Below, piece by piece: positions 23,500-30,772 of a stretch of DNA of 64,000 bases (within the stretch, counting starts at the first letter, position 1; each line of letters opens with the position of its first letter). The position numbers and the translations under genes were made by a program. Source of the DNA: Dehalococcoidia bacterium (GTDB lineage: Bacteria; Chloroflexota; Dehalococcoidia; UBA2979); contig OZ253555.1 in the NCBI GenBank assembly GCA_965262725.1, positions 832,001-896,000 on the forward strand, given 5' to 3'. Below the pieces are notes generated by a model that saw only the letters and a program-made list of their open reading frames with translations, was not told the DNA's origin and made no database searches.

Positions 23500-24264
23500 A
23501 TGGATCACCCTCGGGGATGGGTGCTTCCCGCGCTCTGGCGGCCCGATCGGACGGGCGTGCTCGAGGCGCTCCGCGAGGCCGAGATCGGGGAGCTGCATCT
23601 CGTCCCGGAGTCGTCGAACTACGTCTTCGTGGCGGAGCTGACGCACGCCGAGCTGGGCGCGGGCCTCGGGGTCTACAAGCCGAGTCGCGGTGAGCGACCC
23701 CTCTACGACTTCCCCGGCGGCACGCTGCATGGTCGCGAGATCGCCGCCTTCGAATTCTCGCGCCTGCTCGGATGGGGGCTGGTACCTCCTACCGTCGAGC
23801 GCGAGGGAGAGCACGGCCCGGGTTCGCTGCAACTCTTCGTCGAGCACGATCCGACGCAGCATTACTTCGTCCTGCGCGAGCGAGCAGATCTCGTCGCCCA
23901 GCACGTGCGGATAGCGGCCTTCGATCTCGTCGCGAACAACGCCGATCGCAAGGCCGGGCACGTCCTTCTGGGCACGGACAATCGACTCTGGGCGATCGAC
24001 AATGCGCTCTGCTTCCACCGCGACGGGAAGCTGCGCACGGTGATCTGGGACTTCGCGGAACACGAAATCGACGGCGACGGGGTCCGCGACCTCGTACGCG
24101 TGCACGAGCAGCTCCGCGCCGGCGCCCCGGAGGCCGACGCTCTCTCAGAATGCGTGACGGGCGCGGAGCGCGAGGCGCTGGTGGAGAGGCTGGGCGATCT
24201 GATCGCGCAGCCGGTATTGCCCCAGATGTTCCCCTGGCGCTGCTGGCCCTGGCCGCTGATCTGA
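23500..24264 (+). CDS. SCO1664 family protein (PI3/PI4-kinase-like fold)
   Basis: SSNYVF, VYKP..GERPL.DFP.GTL..RE, FD...NNADRKAGH and IDNALCFH...KLRTVIW. Confidence 0.9.
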   Translation: MDHPRGWVLPALWRPDRTGVLEALREAEIGELHLVPESSNYVFVAELTHAELGAGLGVYKPSRGERPLYDFPGGTLHGREIAAFEFSRLLGWGLVPPTVEREGEHGPGSLQLFVEHDPTQHYFVLRERADLVAQHVRIAAFDLVANNADRKAGHVLLGTDNRLWAIDNALCFHRDGKLRTVIWDFAEHEIDGDGVRDLVRVHEQLRAGAPEADALSECVTGAEREALVERLGDLIAQPVLPQMFPWRCWPWPLI

Positions 24265-24283
24265 GGGGGCGGCGGGGCGCGGG

Positions 24284-25285
24284 CTAGGTGCCCCCACGCC
24301 GGCGGAGCCACGACACGGCGCGGCGCCGCCAGCGGGTCCACCTCCACCGCCATCGGCGCTGACGTTGCCGCCTGCGGACCGTCTCCGTCGCCTCGGCGGT
24401 GCCAATCACGAGCGGCATGCGCCAGTCTCGGAGGGAGGGTCTGCGCGGCGCTCGTTGCCCTCCCCGGATGCGGGGGATCTTCCTCGGGGACTCGAACCGC
24501 TCGAAGGGGTGCCACGAGCGCCCGTCGTACATCCAGACCTCGCGGCCGGCCGCCTGAACGAGCAGGACGCCCGCCGCGACGTCCCAGATGTGGAGCCCCC
24601 AGAAGAACGCGCTCTGGAAGATCCCGGTCGCGACGAACACGCACTCGGCGACGGCGCTCCCCGTCGTGCGGTGGTCCCAGCGCTGCTCGCGTCCGGGCGA
24701 GCCGCCGGGAGCAGCCGACAGCCCGCGGCGCACGGTGCCGCTCCCGCTGGGCGGTCGCGGCGCGATCGCCTCACCCTCGAAGCACAGCGGTCCGTTGCGG
24801 TGCGCGTGGTAGACGCCGGGGCGCAGCGCGTGGCCCGTGGAGCACCAGACCGCCCCGATCACCGGCTGCCCGCGGTGGAGGATCCCGATGGAGCAGCCGA
24901 AGAGGGGGAAGCCGTTGATGAAATTCGTCGTGCCGTCGACCGGGTCGATCACCCAGACGTAGTCAGGGTCGCCGACGGGCTCCCCCGCCCCCTCCTCGCC
25001 GATGAGGCCGTGAGCGGGGAACAACGCCCCGACCCGCTCGCGCACCAGTCGCTCGATGGCGTGGTCCACGTCGGAGACGGGATCGGTGGGGGCATTCTCC
25101 CCTCGCGCCTCGCCCTTGTACTGGACCTGGATCTCGCCCTGCAGCGCGCCGGCGATCGTCCGGCCGCCCTCGCGGGCGAGCTCGACGGCGAGCGCCTCGA
25201 TCGCGGCGAGCAGCTCATCGGGAGGCACCCCATCGGGATCGGCCTCCCCGGCCGGCGCTCCTCGGAGCGGCGGTGCCGTCACCAT
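24284..25285 (-). CDS. Inositol monophosphatase family protein
   Basis: GEE, WVIDPVDGTTNF and WDVAAG. Confidence 0.92.
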   Translation of the reverse strand: MVTAPPLRGAPAGEADPDGVPPDELLAAIEALAVELAREGGRTIAGALQGEIQVQYKGEARGENAPTDPVSDVDHAIERLVRERVGALFPAHGLIGEEGAGEPVGDPDYVWVIDPVDGTTNFINGFPLFGCSIGILHRGQPVIGAVWCSTGHALRPGVYHAHRNGPLCFEGEAIAPRPPSGSGTVRRGLSAAPGGSPGREQRWDHRTTGSAVAECVFVATGIFQSAFFWGLHIWDVAAGVLLVQAAGREVWMYDGRSWHPFERFESPRKIPRIRGGQRAPRRPSLRDWRMPLVIGTAEATETVRRRQRQRRWRWRWTRWRRRAVSWLRRRGGT

Positions 25286-25444
25286 GCCTCCCCTCCCGGG
25301 CGCCCGGGCTGCGTGATCAGGCGTCACCGGTGCGCCCGGCGAGCATAGCGCGGGTGACGGATGTGGCGACCCGCGCTAGTCTCGCCGGGCGCCGCACCGT
25401 CGCCCCGCGGAGGGCACGGGGCGCGCGTGCACGGGAGGGGCGGC

Positions 25445-25630
25445 GTGGGCGAGAGCAGCGGTTGGGGCTACTCGACCGAGGGCGATCTCGACTCGGACCT
25501 CTCGGAGGAGACGGCCTACTCCTCCAGGGATCTGCAGCCGGGCCGGTTCTGGCAGCTCGCCTACCGTGCGCTCCTCGCCGCCGGGCTCGTGGTGCTGCTG
25601 GTTCCGCTCGTGCTCACCGTGTTGCGCTAG
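25445..25630 (+). CDS. Small single-pass membrane protein with acidic N-terminus
   Basis: GGGAGGGG RBS, 61 codons, C-terminal TM helix, 9 nt before the next gene. Confidence 0.6.
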   Translation: MGESSGWGYSTEGDLDSDLSEETAYSSRDLQPGRFWQLAYRALLAAGLVVLLVPLVLTVLR

Positions 25631-25639
25631 GGGATCCGA

Positions 25640-26119
25640 GTGGCCGAGCCGCTGATGCCCGAGCCGACGCCCGAGAGCGCTGAGTTCTGGGCGGGGCTCA
25701 GGCGGCACGAGCTGCGTATCCAGCGCTGCCGCGCCTGCGCGCGGTGCTATTTCTACCCGCGGCCCTTCTGCCCCCACTGCTGGTCGACCGATGTGGAGTG
25801 GGAAACGGTCTCGGGACACGCCACGCTCGAGAGCTACGTCGTCAGCTATCGACCCGCGCCCGGCTTCGAGGGCCGCGTGCCCTACGTGATCGCGATCGTG
25901 ACCCTCGAGGAGGGCCCCCGCATGATGAGCAACGTCGTGGGCGCCGGCGTCGATGGCGACACGCCGGCCGAGAGCATCCCGCGGCTGATTCCCGCCGGTT
26001 TGCCGCTGGAGGTCGTCTTCGAGGAGAGGGGGAGGCTCGACGACGGCACCGCGCACGTGCTGCCTCTGTTCCGCCCGAGGGAGCCCCGCCCCGCGGAGGG
26101 AGCCTCCACCGGTGACTGA
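25640..26119 (+). CDS. Zn-ribbon OB-fold protein (DUF35/ChsH2-like)
   Basis: CRAC...YPRPFCPHC, PYVIAIVTLEEGPR; overlaps the thiolase start. Confidence 0.92.
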   Translation: MAEPLMPEPTPESAEFWAGLRRHELRIQRCRACARCYFYPRPFCPHCWSTDVEWETVSGHATLESYVVSYRPAPGFEGRVPYVIAIVTLEEGPRMMSNVVGAGVDGDTPAESIPRLIPAGLPLEVVFEERGRLDDGTAHVLPLFRPREPRPAEGASTGD

Positions 26120-27269
26120 TCCGCGCGCCTTGCGGCGCGCCGCCGCCATCGTCGGCGCGGCCGAGACGGCGCGTGTCGACGTGCAGCCCGATCGATCCGA
26201 GCTCTCGCTGCACGCCGAGGCGGCGCTCGCGGCGCTCGCCGACGCGGGGCTCTCCCCGGCCGATGTGGACGGGCTCGCCACGGCGGGCCCCCGCCCCTCC
26301 CAGATCGCCGAGTATCTCGGGATCGTGCCGCGGTGGTTCGATGGCACGGCCGTCGGCGGCTGCTCGTTCCTCGTGCATGTCGGGCACGCGGCCGCAGCGA
26401 TTGCGGCTGGCTACGCCTCCACCGTGCTGGTCACGCACGGCGAATCGGGGCGCTCGCGCGTCGGCGTGGAGAGGCGGGTGCCGAGCCCGGCCACGCCGTG
26501 GGGTCAGTTCGAGATGCCGTACGGCGTCTTCGGGCCGCCGACGATGTTCGCGCTGCCGGTGGTCCGGCACATGGCTCGCTACGGAAGCACGGAGGAGCAC
26601 TTCGCCGCCGTCGCCGTGGCGACGCGGCGGTGGGCGGCGCTGAACCCAAAGGCGACGATGCGAGCACCCCTGAGCGTGGACGATGTGCTGGCATCGAGGC
26701 TGATCGCGTGGCCGCTGCGCCTCCTCAACTGCTGCCTGGTCACGGACGCCGGGGGCGCCCTGGTCGTGGTCGGCGGCGAGCGAGCGCGCGACTTCCCCAG
26801 ACCGCCGGTGTGGGTGCTGGGGCGGGGCGAGGCGGTCGCGCATCAGAACGTCTCGCAGATGGCCGATCTCGCCGAGAGTGAGGCCTACCGGGTCGCCGGC
26901 GAAGAGGCGTTCCGGATGGCGGGAGTCGGCCCCTCGGAGATCGATCACGCGATGCTCTACGACGCCTTCACGCACACGCCGGTCTACATGCTGGAGGCGC
27001 TGGGGTTCGTGGAACGGGGCGCCGGCGGCCCCTTTTTCGCGGAGATGCGCACGGCCCCTGGTGGCGAACTCCCCATCAACACCAACGGCGGCGGGCTCTC
27101 GCACACCCACACCGGGATGTACGGGATGTTCGCGATTCTCGAGTCGGTGGTGCAGCTACGCGGTGACGGAGGAGCGCGTCAGGTCGAGGGTGTCGAGCTG
27201 TCGTTGGCGCACGGGGCGGGCGGCATGTTCGCAGCGGGCGCGACGCTCATCCTGACCAACCAGCCCTGA
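26112..27269 (+). CDS. Thiolase-like protein (SCP2/lipid-transfer type)
   Basis: GGCS, CCLVTDAGGA, YDAFT and NTNGGGLS. Confidence 0.92.
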   Translation: MTDPRALRRAAAIVGAAETARVDVQPDRSELSLHAEAALAALADAGLSPADVDGLATAGPRPSQIAEYLGIVPRWFDGTAVGGCSFLVHVGHAAAAIAAGYASTVLVTHGESGRSRVGVERRVPSPATPWGQFEMPYGVFGPPTMFALPVVRHMARYGSTEEHFAAVAVATRRWAALNPKATMRAPLSVDDVLASRLIAWPLRLLNCCLVTDAGGALVVVGGERARDFPRPPVWVLGRGEAVAHQNVSQMADLAESEAYRVAGEEAFRMAGVGPSEIDHAMLYDAFTHTPVYMLEALGFVERGAGGPFFAEMRTAPGGELPINTNGGGLSHTHTGMYGMFAILESVVQLRGDGGARQVEGVELSLAHGAGGMFAAGATLILTNQP

Positions 27270-27290
27270 GGTATCGGCCCCTCGGAGCCG

Positions 27291-27479
27291 CTACTCCGTG
27301 TCGATGCCGGCCGGGGCAAGGCAGGTGGGGTGGTTGCAGAAGCAGAGCTCGGCGGCCTGGCTGCAGTCGCAGCTCATGTCACAGCCCTGCCCGCCGAGCG
27401 CCCCGAGGCGCCTGAGACCTGCGACGACGAGGCCGAGGAGCATGCCGACGATCAGGATCCGGCTCAGGCTGCGTCGCAT
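27291..27479 (-). CDS. 62-aa membrane-anchored Cys-rich (metallothionein-like) protein
   Basis: N-terminal TM followed by CxxxCxC-x6-CxCxHxxC; GGGGA RBS; TAGAAT -10 at about 27578-83. Confidence 0.65.
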   Translation of the reverse strand: MRRSLSRILIVGMLLGLVVAGLRRLGALGGQGCDMSCDCSQAAELCFCNHPTCLAPAGIDTE

Positions 27480-27693
27480 TCGGTGTTCCCCGTCCCGGTC
27501 CGCACCGCCGCCGTCGCCTGGGCGACCGCGGGTCGCCGCCCCGACGAAGCCGGGTGCGCCACGGTCCCGCGACGAACATTCTACGCTGCAGCCCTCCGCT
27601 CCGCCGCCGCACGACCAGATCTCCGCGGGCTTTCGCCCGCCGACCGGGCCGTGCTTCGATGCCGGGTGAGAGAGGTCGTTCGGGAACGGGGGC

Positions 27694-28638
27694 GTGATGG
27701 TGGCGCAGGGTGGGAGCGGATCCGGGGCGACGGGGGGAGCGGACGGTCCGATCGGCTACGTCGGACTCGGCATTATGGGCCTGCCCATGGTGCGGAACCT
27801 GCTTGGCGCCGGGTGGGCGGTCGTGGCATGGAATCGCTCGCCGTCGCGGCTGGCCGAGGCCGTCCGGGCGGGTGCCGAGGCGGTGAACTCGGCGGCGGAG
27901 GTGGCCGCCCGCGCGCGCGTCGTGATCGTGTGCGTCACCGCGAGCGCCGACGTCGAGGAGGTCGTGCTCGGAGCCGGCGGCGTCGCCGAGGGGCTGCGGC
28001 CGGGCACGGTGGTGGTCGACATGTCGACGATCTCGCCGTCGGTGACGCGCCGGCTCGCGGGGGTACTGGCCGATCGCGGTGCGACGCTGCTCGACGCGCC
28101 TGTCTCGGGCGGAGAGCAAGGCGCGGTGGCCGGGACGCTCTCGATCATGGTCGGCGGTCCCGCGGAGGCACTCGATCGCGTGCGGCCGCTGCTCGGCGCC
28201 CTGGGTGAGACGATTACGCACTGCGGTCCGGTCGGCAGCGGCCAGACGGTCAAGCTCTGCAACCAGGTGGCGGTGGCGCTGAACAACCTGGCGATGGCCG
28301 AGGCGCTGCTGCTCTGCGCCGGCTCCGGCGTGGACCCTCGCGTGATGCTGGCGGCGATTACACGGGGCGCGGCCGCGTCCTGGCAGCTCTCGAACCTCGG
28401 GCCGCGCATCGTCGAGCGCGACTTCTCGCCCGGCTTCAAGGTGTCGCTGCAGCAGAAGGACCTGCGCCTCGCCCTCGAGGCGGCGTCGGAGCTCTCGCTG
28501 CCGCTCGCCGGGACCTCGCTGGTGCATCAGCTCTTCGCAGCGGTCGAGCGCCGCTCCGGCGGCGATGCGGGAACGCAGGCGCTCGTCACGGTGCTGGAGG
28601 CGATCTCCGGCATCGATGTCGCGGCACAAAACGATTAG
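27694..28638 (+). CDS. NAD(P)-dependent beta-hydroxyacid dehydrogenase (tartronate semialdehyde reductase/HIBADH family)
   Basis: GLGIMG.PM, DAPVSGG, GSGQTVKLCNQ and KDL. Confidence 0.92.
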   Translation: MMVAQGGSGSGATGGADGPIGYVGLGIMGLPMVRNLLGAGWAVVAWNRSPSRLAEAVRAGAEAVNSAAEVAARARVVIVCVTASADVEEVVLGAGGVAEGLRPGTVVVDMSTISPSVTRRLAGVLADRGATLLDAPVSGGEQGAVAGTLSIMVGGPAEALDRVRPLLGALGETITHCGPVGSGQTVKLCNQVAVALNNLAMAEALLLCAGSGVDPRVMLAAITRGAAASWQLSNLGPRIVERDFSPGFKVSLQQKDLRLALEAASELSLPLAGTSLVHQLFAAVERRSGGDAGTQALVTVLEAISGIDVAAQND

Positions 28639-28675
28639 GCGTTTACCCTCGTTACTAATTGATGTACGCTCACCC

Positions 28676-28840
28676 GGCCGGGCCCCGGTGGTGGCGAACG
28701 GCGTCGAGTGCACGAACGGGACGGCCGCGGTTCTGACCCACCGCGCTTCAACGCTCGCCGCTGCTCTCCCCGGGGCGACGAGATCGTGCTCGTTGCAGCC
28801 CTCGGTCGCCGATCCACCCCCGGCCGGCGGTGTACCGGCC
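28676..28840 (+). ncRNA. Candidate structured non-coding RNA (6S-like or novel)
   Basis: TTTACC-N17-TACGCT promoter (28642-70) points into the gap between convergent genes; extensive nested pairing; terminal GGCCGG/CCGGCC hairpin. Confidence 0.4.
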
Positions 28841-28847
28841 GCGGCCG

Positions 28848-30089
28848 TCAGGCGCCGTCGCCGGCCGATCCGATCCGGATCGCCATGCTCCCGGGCTCAT
28901 GCCGGTTCTCGTGCATCAGCTGGTGGGCCTCGCCTATCTCTTCGAGGGGGAACGAGCGCGCCAGCACCGGCGTCACGCGGCCGTCGGTGACCAAGGCGTT
29001 GAGGGCGGCGCAGTCCTCGGGGTTCGCGAAGTGCGAGCCCTGGAGGCGCTTCTGGCGTACCCAGAGGTAGCGGAGGTCGACATCGGCGTTGTATCCGCTG
29101 GTTCCGCCGCAGATCACCACCATCCCCGCGGTGTCGCAGACGTAGATGGACGTGGGCAGCGTCGCCTCGCCGGGGTGCTCGAGCACGATGCGCGGCGCCC
29201 CGCTCCCGCCCATCGCTTCGCGCAGCGCCCGTCCGAAGGCGCGTGCGCCGCGCATCCACTCGCCGAACGCATCGGCGTCGTCGATGTTGGGCAGGCGGCC
29301 CCAGTGGTCGAACTCGCGGCGGTCGATGGCTCCCTCCGCGCCGAGCGCGCGGCAGAATGCCGCCTTCTCCTCGCCGGAGACGACGGCGACCGGTATTCCG
29401 CCGAGGGCGCGGGTGATCTGGATCGCCATCGATCCGAGCCCGCCCGCCCCTCCCCACACTAGGACGCCGTCGCCGGGCTGAACGGTGTGCGGCGGGAAGC
29501 CGGCGAGCTGCCGATAGGCGGTGGCACCGGTCAGCATGTACACCGACGCCTCCTCCCAGGTCAGGCCCGGGGGCTTCGGATAGCACTGGTACTGCTCCAC
29601 CCGCGCGAACTGCGCGAACGAGCCGAAGCTGACGTCGTAGCCCCAGATGCCGGCGCTCTGCGACCCCATCGGCCCGGCCGGGCCGTCGAGATCCTCCGCG
29701 GACTCGTCCCACACCCCGCAGGAGAGCACGACCTCATCGCCCGGGCGCAGTCCCGTTACTTCCTCGCCGACGGCCCACGCGATGCCGGCCCCGTCGGAGC
29801 CGCCGATGTGGTACTCCTCCGCGGCGCCGCGCCGCCGGGCGGCCGCGATGACGTCGACCGGGTGTCCGAGCGCCGCCCAGACGACGTCGTAGTTGACGCC
29901 CGCGGCCATCACGGCCACGAGCACCTGCCGCGGCCCGAGCGGCGGCACGGGGACCTGCTCGACGGCGAAGGCGTCGCGGGGCTCGCCGTAGCGATCCTGG
30001 CGGAGCGTGGCGGCGTGCATCAGGCGCGGCACCACGCCCGTGCGTGGCAACTCCCCGGCCGGCACGATTTCGGGGACGACACTCATCAA
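28848..30089 (-). CDS. ccr: Crotonyl-CoA carboxylase/reductase family enzyme (variant CO2 pocket)
   Basis: MAAGVNY, HIGGSD, GSFAQF, TGATAYR, EHPG, CGGTSGY, RYLW..QKRLQGSHFAN. Confidence 0.88.
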   Translation of the reverse strand: MMSVVPEIVPAGELPRTGVVPRLMHAATLRQDRYGEPRDAFAVEQVPVPPLGPRQVLVAVMAAGVNYDVVWAALGHPVDVIAAARRRGAAEEYHIGGSDGAGIAWAVGEEVTGLRPGDEVVLSCGVWDESAEDLDGPAGPMGSQSAGIWGYDVSFGSFAQFARVEQYQCYPKPPGLTWEEASVYMLTGATAYRQLAGFPPHTVQPGDGVLVWGGAGGLGSMAIQITRALGGIPVAVVSGEEKAAFCRALGAEGAIDRREFDHWGRLPNIDDADAFGEWMRGARAFGRALREAMGGSGAPRIVLEHPGEATLPTSIYVCDTAGMVVICGGTSGYNADVDLRYLWVRQKRLQGSHFANPEDCAALNALVTDGRVTPVLARSFPLEEIGEAHQLMHENRHEPGSMAIRIGSAGDGA

Positions 30090-30195
30090 TGCTTCCTCTC
30101 GCCCGCAGCACTCCCGCCGATGCCGCAGCGTCTATGGTAGGCGGCGTTCGCGGGCGCTGCAGGCGCCGCCCGGGGCGCGCGCGGGAGGGAGCGGA

Positions 30196-30702
30196 GTGAT
30201 GCCTCCCGCAAGGCCGGGAGCCGGTGCGGCGGATGCGGACGGCGGACTCGGACCGCCCGCTGCGCGCATCCGCGCCCTGGCGCTCGCCGTCGTTCTCGAT
30301 CGCGACCACGCGCTCTTTGCCGAGGGGATCGACCCCGTCAAGGGCCAGCACTTCCTGCGCCCCCTCGGCGGCGAGATCGAGTTCGGGGAGCGCGCCGAGG
30401 CTGCTGCGGCGCGTGAGCTCCGCGAGGAACTCGCCCGCGAGGTGCGGGTGGGCGCGCTCCTGGGCGTCACCGAGAACCTCTTCGAGTATCGCGGCGGGCG
30501 GGGCCACGAGATCGTCTTTGAATTCGTGGCGGAGTGGTTGCCCGGCGCCGAGCCGCCAGATCTCGCGCCGCTCGTGGCCAGGGAGGGCGCCGCGACCTTC
30601 CAGGCCCGGTGGGTGCCCCTCGCGGAGATCCTCGGCGGGATGCACCGCGTCTACCCCGACGGACTGCCGGCGCGCCTCGCCGCGTGGCTCAACATCCTCT
30701 AG
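30196..30702 (+). CDS. NUDIX hydrolase
   Basis: Nudix box GGEIEFGERAEAAAARELREELA; ENLF.Y....GHEIVF. Confidence 0.88.
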   Translation: MMPPARPGAGAADADGGLGPPAARIRALALAVVLDRDHALFAEGIDPVKGQHFLRPLGGEIEFGERAEAAAARELREELAREVRVGALLGVTENLFEYRGGRGHEIVFEFVAEWLPGAEPPDLAPLVAREGAATFQARWVPLAEILGGMHRVYPDGLPARLAAWLNIL

Positions 30703-30772
30703 CGGCGTCAGCCCGCACCGCGCGTCGTGGCGACGGGCATGGGGCGTGGCCCACCGGCGCGGGGCGCCGGCA

